Part shown: in pieces, positions 1 through 11,370 of the stretch
Numbering within the stretch: position 1 is the stretch's first letter
How the letters are laid out: each line of letters starts with the position of its first letter
Notes under the pieces: generated by a model
Told to the model about the DNA's origin: nothing
The model's input: only the letters and a program-made list of their open reading frames with translations
Databases searched by the model: none
Made by a program: the position numbers and the translations under genes
Assembly: GCA_965153455.1 (NCBI GenBank)
Contig: OZ234493.1
Location: 11,522,213 to 11,586,212 of the forward strand
DNA from: Sphagnum compactum
Taxonomy: Eukaryota
DNA length: 64,000 nt
Direction of reading: 5' to 3'

Positions 1-849
1 ATGGGGGCAATTTTCAAATCATGAAATGTTTGCTTTGTTACACCAGTCTAGTTCATGCTTTTAATCTAAGAAATTAGAAAGGTCTTATGGGTGAAAACAT
101 GAAAAAAAGAGCTAGTCGTGTCAAAGTTAAAGTCCTTTCCAAGGACTACATTTTCCACATCACAGTTTTCTATTAATTTATATTACATTTTTCACACAAT
201 TTTTTAACTGAATATCAAATTTGAGGCCAAATATGGCATATAACATGATAAAAACTCAATTGTTTTTGCATCAAGCCTTACAATATATCAAATCTATAGC
301 TTTACTTTGAACCACGATTACAAATTCAAACTATAATAATGTAAAAGGATAATCTAGTATTAAAATTTAAAAAGGTATTTTATTTTATTTTTTGAATGTT
401 TTGAACACATGGATCCCTTCTCGTGGAATATATTAAAGTTCACCAAAAATTGAAATGATTTGGTGAACATTTGATAAAGGAAAAGACTTTTGATATAAAA
501 AAACCACCTATCCACTTTTTTTTGGAGTGTTTTAAACATATAAAAGAACTCCTGAAACATGGTGAATTTTCCTAATTTTTTTGTAATTGCAACTTTGAAT
601 TTAAAGAACTTATTTCAAAAATAAAATAAAATAAAGAACTTTATATATATAATGTTCCCATGGTGATTTTTCAAATTTTCAAAAAATAATTTTTAAAAAC
701 TATCCACACAATGTTTGGCTCCTTTTTTCTTACTTTTACCTTTATATTAACATATTATAAAACACATGGAATAATATTTCTGGAAAAACATGTGGATTCA
801 AATCATGTTTAATTGTTAAAAAATTTGAGCAGGAGGTTAACGGTCCAAT

Positions 850-1630
850 AAGAAAAACTCTTCAGAGATAACATGCAAAAAAAAGGGCTAATATGTTAAG
901 TAATTCAATATTTAAGTTTTTTAATGTCAAAGATCCTTTCAAAAAGGATGATGAACAGCAAAAAAATTTTTTGCAAAACCTTCACCATTTAATTGTGAAA
1001 AATCAATTAACATCGCAATTTGTGGAAAGTGTTTTGTTCAATCATCTAGTTTTACATTTATGTCTTCAAGTTGTTATCCCTTCCAAAAAACAATTTTCTC
1101 ATGAAATATTGTCTAACTTGGTGAAAAAGACGAAACAAATATTTGTTTTACCAACATTGGCAACTTGTATATCTATAGCAAATTTTTACTTATGGATGTC
1201 CAAAGGGGCACATGATTTGTTCGTGTCCTTTTGGGATTTGATTTACAACCTAAAGAAATGACTATTGGTCTATTTGAGGCAATAGACATTATTAGTCAAA
1301 CCTTGACCAATAATCTAACATAATTTTTTGATTAATATTGACTGAGAAAAAAAATTATTGCATATGTTAAAGATGAAAGGTGAAATTTGAATGTAATGAC
1401 AACTACTTTGAAATCAATTATGAGATGTGAAGTTATAGGTTTGGATGAAAGTTTTCCATGTACATTTTTTTGGCCATGTATTTGTAAAAGTTTGTTTGTA
1501 TGTTACAATTGATGAAAAGGTTTGAAAAAACCTTAGATTTTTTTCCATCAAGTCTGTTCAATCAAATTTATAGAGATGTATAACTTGGCTTAAATTTTCT
1601 GGGAAAGGTAAACATGATTGGAACCATGAA
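850..1630 (+). pseudogene. Decayed hAT-like transposase fragment
   Basis: ORF 893-1261 reads KDPFKKDD..LIVKNQL..QFVES..FSHEILSNLV..F(Y)LWMSKGAHD. Broken frames continue through TIGLFEA..IIAYVKDE..NLNVMTTTLKS. This resembles the N-terminal/first catalytic region of hAT transposases (recalled, not searched). Multiple stops and frameshifts; termini not identified. Confidence 0.6.
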
Positions 1631-1989
1631 TGTATGAATATAATTACGATGGATATCCTCACTTGAGCAGATCCAATTGGCATATGTTTTAGGCAAGAAA
1701 ATTTACATGCAACCTTCAAAGTTTCATTTAGAAGGCATCCAAAAAAGAAATGCAACTTGTAAAGTTTCATTCATTCAAGTGGTAAGAAACCTAACCAACT
1801 TTATTGAAAAAAATCATCTGCCATACTTTTTAGGGCATGAATGTCAATAGTGTAAATGTTGCATTCCTAATCTTCTTATTTCATGGCTACACACATCAGT
1901 GTTTCATTTTCTACTAACAATTTATAGATGGGGTCATCTCCTTTCATTCGATGATCTATTGGGGTCATTGGGAATTTAATAACTTTAAC

Positions 1990-2460
1990 TAAGTGTGCAT
2001 CTACATATGTTATATTCAATTGGTCTAAAATGCATAACTCAAGATACCTCTCCCCTTTTTCTTGTAATAGGTTCGAATAACTACATAATCACCAACATTA
2101 AACTTACCACCTCAAACACAATGGAAGGCTTCATGGACCAAAAATTTTGGTTGTTCACATTGAAAAAGGTAGAAATCCACGCCTTCCACATTCCCTTTTG
2201 TAGCTAGAATATTAAAATTGTCACCTATTTGAAACAAATAAGACAACTCCTTGTCATTTCCATCATATTCAATTTCATCAGGGTTTTCAAATTGTTGCAT
2301 TTGGTCTCTCACCAGTTTAGTATTGCTAAGCTTTAGTTTTATTAACCACCATGGAAGAACATGTTAACCATTTTGATAACAATAAAAGCAAAACAAATTA
2401 AATGCAGTTCTCGAAATCCAGGTATGGTTTGATCACACCAAAATGGGTTTGACCTATCAA
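1990..2460 (-). pseudogene. Decayed DNA-transposon ORF fragment (C-terminal region)
   Basis: Minus strand reads DRSNPFWCD.TIPGFRELH..CFCFYCY..PW.LIKL..RDQMQQFENPDEIEYDG..GDNF..VDFYLFQCE. Stops and frameshifts present. It looks like the C-terminal part of the same kind of transposase seen at 7271-11370. Confidence 0.4.
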
Positions 2461-2911
2461 TGAGGCAAGTTATTGCATGAGCTTAAAGCCTAAGTCTAAA
2501 GCTTAGAGTTGGAACTTAGGATGGTAAAATGTTTTTTCCCTATACACATGTAAATAAAACCCAGAATTTAACCATAAAATAATGTTATATAAGTAAAATT
2601 AGAAGCAAACATGGGGATGATGTAAGCATTCATCTTCATTATGGATGAATGTTTTATTTTATCATTAAGTTTTTATCAACGAATTTTTTTTCCCCCTAGT
2701 TTTAATTACCTAGAGCTTCATGAAACACAATTTAATTTTATTTGATATAACATTTGTTGAATAATGCAATGTAAATTCCATTATAAATGTATTTGATGGT
2801 ATGGTTTAAGATTACATTATTTTCAATATGTCATAACTATATTACTGTTATCATGCTAACATCCACCCCATGGTCATTTTTTTATTTTTTTATTTTTTTG
2901 GGCAAATTGAT

Positions 2912-3362
2912 CTAATGTCATTGATGACAATGGGATTTTTTTTTCCCTCTCCAAAGGAGCCACAACTTCCCCCAAACCTATTTATAATGGTCATGAACAA
3001 CAATGGGGTTAGATTTGTTTTCATTTTTCTTTGAAGGTGTCAAAACTTTCGTCAAATCTAACTACTGTTGTTAACAACAATGGGTTTTGAAAACTTTAGA
3101 TATCGTTAAACTGCCTAATGTCATTGATGACAATGGGTTTTTAAAATAAATTAAAAAAAAATTCAAGCACCTTAATTAGGTTATTTCAAACAACCTACTA
3201 TCATAGATGACAATGAAGTTGTTTTTAATAATTATTTATTTTCAAGGTGCTCTAATTTTTCACATAATACATATATAATGTTGTTGACAACAATAGGAGG
3301 GGGGTAACACCCATCCTATGAAAACATTTTTTAATTGTTTAATATTGTTGATGAAAATGACT
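2912..3362. repeat. Seven regularly spaced copies of an ~18-bp semi-palindromic motif
   Basis: GTCATTGATGACAATGGG-like motif at ~2917, 2990, 3067, 3120, 3200, 3280 and 3344, separated by poorly conserved spacers. Confidence 0.7.
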
Positions 3363-5199
3363 TTTTAAACAAAATTCCAAAAATTATTTTGGTACCATCA
3401 TCATATTTTCCCCTATAATCACATTATCCATCATTATTAAATGACATTCAAGTTTGAAATATTAATACTTGGACAACAAATGAAACTGGATATAAGTAGC
3501 TTTTAATTTATTTATCTTTAAATCATGGATGAATTTCATCCAATGATTTATTTAATCCAACTCTTAAATGAAATTCATCCATGCAAAAATGACATTCATC
3601 CATATGACATCATTCATCTATGGACACATTTATCCATGTAGGTGGATTAAAATCACATTAATTTTTAAACTACAATGTCACGACCTTACCTTTGGGTACG
3701 CAACCAAGGCAAAGGCATGAAAAGGTGCAAGCTAAAAGTGCAACCCAGGAGTCACATTTGCACTCCTAGGAATGAAGGAATGAACCCACACACTCCCAAG
3801 TGGACTCCCACTTTGGGAGTTGGATTCCTTATGGAGTTCTGAATCTTCAAAAAGATATTTCAGGGGTCAAAATTCATTGCATCAAAACATTCCTTATACC
3901 ATTGAAAAGCTCTTGAAACTTAGATGTTTAAAATGGGCTTGCATGACCCATTTGAGTACTTAAAACACAAGTTATGGCCAAAAGAAGGGTTGGGAGTCAA
4001 AGTGTCAATTTGACTTTTGATCATTAAAAGTCGGGAATCGCCCTGAAATACATGCGTGCAGGTGGCGTGCCACATATCATTGGAAAGCTCTCAATGAAAG
4101 CTATAACTTTTCTTTAGACTTCATGTCAATTAAAAGTCTGAAAAAATGTTATGGCCCTCCAAAGTGCCATAAGTCCCAATTTCCAAAGTCTGGGAGTCCC
4201 GAGACAAAATGACATTTGGATGTAGCCCGCTTGGGTAATCTTAGAGAATATTATAAGGGGGAAGGTGATGGCTTCCCCCAAGTCCAGGCTATGGGGACTC
4301 TTATGAGTCCGTGTATACCCATGGCTCATCCGTGCACCAAAAGTCTTCCAATTATGCACTAACCAACTTGTTTGGTTTGGGCAGGTCCATGTGAATAGTT
4401 GATTTGTTCGTCACTCATCCTAGTCCCCATCCTAAAGCTCCAGCATGCCCCTCTTACCCCTTAAGTGTTGTGAATTAGATTACGTATTTCGATTCCTTCT
4501 TTCGTTGTTTTCACTACTACCAAAGTGGGGTGTAATTTACTAGCTTAAATCACTATGAGACCTTAAAAGTGAAATAACTTCATTGCATTTTATTGATTTC
4601 ATCTAGTGAAAGTTATTTCATTATAATATCATTATGTAGACATCATGTTTCATTTCTAGTTAACATAATTCACTATTACAATTTACTATAGCAAATATGT
4701 TTATTTCTATGTTTTTAAAAATATTCTATCTATGTTACTTTATGATATACCCTATATTATTTTAAACTATTTTAGTTATTCTAACTTATATTTTATGTTA
4801 TTATAGGCTATTATAAATTATTGTACCCTAAATTATTATATGTTATTTTACCTTAAAGTATCTTAATTAATTTATTATAAGTTTTTAAATTATTTAAAAT
4901 TAAATTATTCAACTAATTTTAGGCTATACCTTAGGTTATTTTATTTAAAATTAATATATGTTATTTCAAGTTATACTTTAAATTATTCAAGGTCATTCTA
5001 CTTAATGTTATTATAAATTATTTTATCCTAAGCATAATAACTTTAAAATAATTTAAAACAAAATATAATGACCTAATTAAGGTAAAAATAACTTAGAATA
5101 AAAAATAATAACCTATGAAAAATAATTTTAAATACCCTACAATATAATAACTACTAATAGCCCATGATATTATAACATAGAATATCAAAAAATAATTTA

Positions 5200-5905
5200 T
5201 AATATAATAATCATCAATAGTTCTAATATAACATATAATAACCAACAATAACTTATAATACAATGACCATTAATAACCATTAATAAAATAACCATCAATA
5301 ACCACCAGTGGCTTACAACGAAATAATCATTAATAGCCATTAATAGAATAGCCACCAACAGCCATTAATAAAATAGTCATCAATAGCCATTAATAGAATA
5401 ACCACCAATAGCCATTAATACATTAATCACGAATAGCCATTAATAGAATAGTCATCAATAGTCATCAATAGGCATTAATAGAATAACCACCAATAACCAT
5501 TAATACATTAATCACGAATAGCCATTAATAGAATATCCACCAATAGCCATTAAAAAAATAGCCACTAGTAGCTATTAATAGAATAGCCACCAGTAGCCAT
5601 TAATAGAATAGCCACCAGTAACCATTAATATAATAGCCACCAGTAACCATTAATATAATAGCCACCAGTAGCCATTAATATAATAGCCAACAATAACCAT
5701 TCATATAATAGCCACCAATAACCACTAATAAAATAACCACGAATAGCCACCAATAGAATAACTATTAATGGCCATTAATATAATAACCACCAATAACTAT
5801 TAATAGAATAACCACTAAAAACCATTAATAGCCACAAATAGAATAGGTACCAATAGCCATTAATAACCACCAATAGCACTAATAAAAGAACAACCAATAG
5901 CCATA
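5200..5905. repeat. Minisatellite with ~24-bp unit (AATAGCCACCAATAGCCATTAATAG-like)
   Basis: More than 20 degenerate copies visible directly, inside the CACTA element. Confidence 0.9.
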
Positions 5906-5924
5906 TATTATAAATGCTTAGGAT

Positions 5925-6375
5925 TGCCAAAAATAATCTAAGTGAAATAATTTATAATAAACGAAAATAACTTAAGGTGAAATAACTTTCAATAGCCAAA
6001 AGTAACTTATAATAGCTACAAATAATCTAAATTGAAATAATGTACAATAGCCAAAAATAACATAGAATAAACAAAAGAACTTACAATAGCTGAAAATAGC
6101 CTAAGGTGAAATAAATTAAAACAACCAAAAGTAATTTATAATAACTATAAGTAGTCTAAATTGAAATAATCTACAATAGCCAAAAATAACATAGAATAAC
6201 AAAAAAACTTACAATAGTTGAAAATAGCCTAAGGTGAAGTAAATTAAAATAGCCAAAAATAACTTAAAATAACCAAAAGTAGCCTAGGGTGAAATAACCA
6301 AAAATAACCAAAAGTAATTTAGAATAGCCATAAATAGCCGTAAATAATGTAGGGTGAAATAATTTAAATTAATGA
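5925..6375. repeat. Degenerate AT-rich tandem repeat (GAAATAA / ACAATAGCCAAAAATAAC subunits)
   Basis: Near-duplicate ~130-bp blocks at ~5990-6120 and ~6120-6250, plus partial copies. Confidence 0.75.
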
Positions 6376-7270
6376 AAAATAGTCATATAGTAATTAAAAA
6401 TAGTTTAACATAGATAGTATTATTATATTAACAAAAAGAAATCCATTTACTAAACTTTTGTTTTTCAAAAGAATGGTCATTGAAATGTTATTGAATAATG
6501 ATATTCAGTTTTTTTTTTGTTCAAATGATTTTAAATTTTCAAAAAGAAATAAATGTAATTATGTACATTATTGAATATTTTAAAAAAGTAAACTCGAATC
6601 ATTTCATTTGAACAAAATCTCAATAAGATATGAACTTTCAAAGTTTATGTTTTTGTAATGTTTAAAATGAAGTATTTGATAAATAGAATGTAATGTAACA
6701 TATTATCACAACAAGTGGGGTGATTTGATGGTAAAGGTGTTCGCCCCCATTCCAAAGGTCAAGGGATCAAACCTCATGGGTGGTGTTGTGTGTGTTCAAC
6801 AATGGTATGTTGACCGAATATTCTCTTATCGAATTTTTAGGTTAAGTGCTTAGGTTGATTACGTGGCCTACCTACCTACCTAGGTTAGGTTTTTAACCTA
6901 GCGTAGATATGACACGTGTCAATAAATAATAGGCTTTAAAAATCATGAAATTATCAATAGTATTATATATTAAATAATTAAAATTTAATTAATTTCCATA
7001 CTAGTTAGTTAATTAACTAGCAAGTGAATGGTTTGGTAAATTTATATTTCACTTGAGAATAACCTTATTTCACTAGGTACTAATGGAACAAGTCATTGTC
7101 CGTAGCAACTGGTCCCCGTTCACTAGGGGGTTAAACAATTTCACTAGGTAAAATTGTTCAAATTCACTCAAAAATCTAGTCAAACCCATAGTAAACTAGG
7201 ACGCATTTCCTAGTAGTGTTTCACCCTCGGACTCGCATTTGAGTCTTTCAAGGAATTTGGGGGTGTGTCA

Positions 7271-10200
7271 TACAAGCTCAAAATTCCAATCTTAGGCTTG
7301 ACACTCATGCATGAGCCATCCTCCTTATCAATGGCATCAATTTCAATCTGCCAAATTTTTTTCAAAATGTCTGGTTTATTTTGGGTATAAGAAGTAGGAA
7401 CTCGTGTAAAGAGTACTTCCTCTAAGAAAACCACAGCGCATTGTAATCTCCTTTCTAAATTTTGGAACTGTTCCGCCCTTAACCTTCTTTTCAAGATAGC
7501 CCCTGCCTCATTAGAATTTGAAAACATAAGTTCCAATTAGGTAAGCAAATTTGAACAAATGTGTCTTACTGTTAAGTTTACATAATCATTCCAATGTCAT
7601 TTGGCTTTTAACAATTTGGCACTAAATGTGAACTTGAATTCAAATGTCTAATCCTTAGTAAACATAGGTGAATAAAACTAATTGACAACTAAAAATGAAC
7701 AATGCAACTTTTAATTATGAAAATTAGAAATTAATTATGCATTGATACAAGGAAATAGATGTACACACTTTTCCCATGGCTTGTCCCAAAAAAATGCCAC
7801 TTCATCTTGTAGCCATTTATGAGCCTTGGATACCTAGCAAAAAAGGAGATTGATCATGCACCTTTAAATTGGCCTGCACAGCCATCTGAAAACACGCAAT
7901 GTTCACAAGGTTACACCCCTTGATCACACAATCATTGCCAATGAAACAACAAACAGTGTTGTACAAATAGAGTGTCATCTTCTTTGTCATCGCTAATGTA
8001 AAAATGTGATTTTTTTATCACCTTACTCTGACCACTCCCCGAAGTATAAGTGGGATTGAGCCTATACGTAATATGGACTAGGATTATCACTTGAAAAAAA
8101 TTCCAATGCATCGACTAAATCTCATTCTTTATTTGAAATGTGTAATTCTTTACAAAATCAATGTGAAACAAAATCACATCTTCCGATAAGTCACCCATGG
8201 CTAGCCTACATTGGGCATCTTGCCAATGGGCCACAAAGTTATGTTTTATGAACTTTTACATATTATGTTCAAGTAGGTCAAAAAGTCTATAATGGAGGTC
8301 TCTTTGAAAACTTCCCTTATCTGTTACCTTGGTAATTGCCCATCCTCTGTTTGTCAAACAATTCCAATCTCAAAGCATTTCCACAACACTTTATAATCAA
8401 CATTGTTAATTAATTCACTAGGACAGATTGGCAATTTGTTGACCCCATGATTTTAACATTCATCCATGAGGCATTATCTCCTATGCCATTCTTCAAACTA
8501 TGATTTACTACAATGCACTCTTGCCATAGATCTGTGATGTTTTTATAAACCATATCTTGGGCTAAACAAATGTCATCAATAGACTAACCACTCAAAGAAC
8601 AAACATTACAATGGCATTGACACCCAAACTAGGCATGCAGCCCTTTCCTTCCATCCCTCATGTAATTTAGACTAACCTTTAACATGTCTAACTCTACATG
8701 GTATTTACAACATGTGTTTTTGTCTTTTAAAGCCTTCATAAAATAAGGTTTAATCTTTAGGGATGTTACACACTTGATGTTGCACTTACAATAAGCTGCT
8801 TGAAATTGTAAATAAAAGGTAGTCTACATGGACAATGCATAGTTAATACACATTGTCAATGCTAGCAATTACACAAAGTAAGTTGTCAATCCACATGCAA
8901 GTCCAAAACCTACGCAAGCCTACAACAAATTATTCATCTGGTACAGAAAGTATAAACCATATATGTATGCACTATGTAAAAAGTACAAATGTAGTCAAAA
9001 TGTATGTAGGAGAAGAAAAATTCAAGTTACACATTCCCATTGTAATCAAAAGTATGTACATGTATACAAATAATACAAATAATATATTAAGATAATACAA
9101 AGTATGTACATGTGTACAAATAAAATAGATAATATATTAAGATAATAGATATTATGTACATGTGTACAAACAATACATATTATATGCCTAATTGTAGCAT
9201 AATTATGTATACATGTAGAAGCATTACATATTGTACACCTAAATTTCTATGACACTCACAAATATGTGAACTATTGTCATTAAAGTGCATCGTTTACTTA
9301 AATTATGCAACAACAACATAATAAACCTAGTAGAATACAAAATATACCTTAATATCATTCTAATATATAGAAACATCCTAAATGTAGACATACAATGGAT
9401 ATCAAAGTATCAATACCCTAAGAACAACAAATAATGCCAAAAACTACATAATTCACTGCTAAAACATCATTTACTACACTTACAGTAGATATAAGCATCA
9501 GATGGACAAATCAATATATATCAACAAACATGTGAATTAAGTTCATTGACCTGCAACATACATAAATCCTTGTCAAAGAAAATGATGCCAACAAGCTGAA
9601 TAAACATTAAAATAAAAAAAGTTAAGCAAGGACACTAGGAAGCAAGAGGGATTCAAAAAGTACAAGAATAACCAAAACAAAAAGATTTCACCTTCAATAA
9701 TCATTTTGCACATCCAAATACATTTCAAAATGGAGCTTCACTTCTATACCAAACCCATGCAATTGAAAATCTATCTTCCACATGTAATGTGACCCTAAAT
9801 TAGAATACTTACAAAATTGAACACAAGATCTTAGGACAACTTGTATGCTACACACCCATGTCATCCATTTGATGTTGTTGTAAAAATAATCAACAACTTG
9901 TAGATTAAGGTCATGAATCCACATAAAATCCTAAATCTATAGGCACAACAACAAAGAAATAAGATAGGTTGAAAGGCATTAAAATTTGCAAAACTAATGT
10001 GGAATTTTGCTTCTTACAATTTAGGGTTTTCTTATCATGGTGCAACTACGACCAATATATGACTACTACATACAAACTAGACATTTAATCCCTCAATAGA
10101 GCTTCAACAATAAGTTCTTAGCAAAAAACTTCAACATCAACTACAAACATAAGCAAATGAATGCACAATTTTTTTCCTAAAAACCCTAGATGTGTACATT

Positions 10201-11370
10201 TTGTAAACTCATTTTAGGGATGCAAATTTCATATATTTCAAATGTTCACTAATTTGAACTTAACCCCATAATTTGTCTAGCAAGTTTCTACTATTCATTA
10301 AACTCCATGTGTGGATAGATGTTGTGGACGTGTTAAATAGAAGTCAACATCTTGGACTACAATAAGTAACCATTGCTAGAAAATTCACAAAGAATAGAAA
10401 TCGATTCACATGCACATTGGAATCTGAATTGTCCATCATTCTAATGATTCTAATTCAACTTAGATATCATGTGACTAGGTTTACATTCATGGACAACAAA
10501 TGAGGCCTTAGAAGTGATAATCACAGGTATATATGTCCTGCATAAGTTCCAACAATTCAACACACTATTTGAAAATGTTGAAGGAAACCTCTAATGAATA
10601 ATTGTAATTAGAGGGAATCATGTTTTCACTTAGGTCTCGAATAGCAAATGTGTAGCATTTTTTTCATAAACTTTTGGGGCAATACGCTTCCTTTTTACAT
10701 CCGACTTGTTTAGACTCACCTTCGTTTCATTGTTCCACCACTTTAGAACAAAAAAACACAATTATCTCATCAAGGATATCCGATCACCGCTTTCGAAGTA
10801 ATAATGCCCATTGTGAACCCCGAAAACTTTGCATCATGTCACCTTTGCACAACATGATTAATTTTGGAAAGGTTTGTGTTAAGAATTTGAACCAATGTTT
10901 TAACTCCAACCACCTCTTTGCTAACTGTAGTGTTCAACAAAATACCTTTATATGCAAGTTTCTCTTTTGATTACACTCCACTCACCTCTTGAAGCTCAAT
11001 TTTCAATCCCTCGACAAGGGCATGTTGAGCCTTTGCTTCATTGGGAAGTAGGTAATAGGGTGGGATATGAGGTCTAATTATGCAACTAGCCATCAATTTC
11101 TCCATTGCTACCTTTCTGTTCAAAACATAATTATCAAAAGAAGAAAGCTCAAAATTGATGAAAAGGGCAATTCGATTCATAGAAGTGTAAACCCTTCTTA
11201 GCATGAACCTTATCTTCTTCTACTACTGTTACATGGATAGAGGATGCTAGGTTTAGAGGCTCTTTGGGCAAAGCCCTAGACCTATCTCTACATCTTCTTC
11301 GCCATTCCCTTTGGTTTTCTTTTCTTCTCTTCAAAACAACCTCATCTATAGTAACCTCAAGTTCTATCAT
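7271..11370 (-). pseudogene. Decayed, probably intron-containing DDE transposase gene (Sola2-like motifs)
   Basis: Minus-strand fragments in colinear order: WWNNETKVS (~10740); HNFVAHWQDAQC (~8240); IDFVKNYTFQIKNEI*SMHW (~8160-8100); FYISDDKEDDTLFVQHC (~8000-7955); FSDGCAGQFKG (~7890); TSHGK (~7780); AGAILKRRL (~7500). The DF.ENY..Q..HW / SDG...Q.K / HGK..DG.G pattern is what I recall for Sola2-type transposases, so the superfamily call is tentative. Confidence 0.6.

Larger units (their letters stand above)
4512..7218. mobile_element. Non-autonomous CACTA (En/Spm) DNA transposon
   Basis: Left end CACTACTA.. at 4512 and right end ..TAGTAGTG at 7218, with imperfect TIR extending to ..TTTAC/GTAAA... 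TTT 3-bp TSD on both sides. TTCACTAG-like subterminal repeats. The interior is AT-rich tandem repeat with no ORF. Confidence 0.85.
3676..7270. mobile_element. Solo LTR of an LTR retrotransposon (~0.89 kb), split by a CACTA insertion
   Basis: Starts TGTCAC at 3676 and ends GTGTCA at 7270. Identical 5-bp flanks TACAA at 3671-3675 and 7271-7275. LTR portions are 3676-4511 and 7219-7270. No internal gag/pol. Confidence 0.8.

Noticed and set aside
2912..3362. CRISPR-like repeat-spacer array
   Set aside because: Eukaryotic context, degenerate repeats, irregular spacing and no cas genes.
5200..5905. Possible coding repeat or CRISPR array
   Set aside because: Pure tandem minisatellite with no unique spacers and no ORF; it lies inside a CACTA element.
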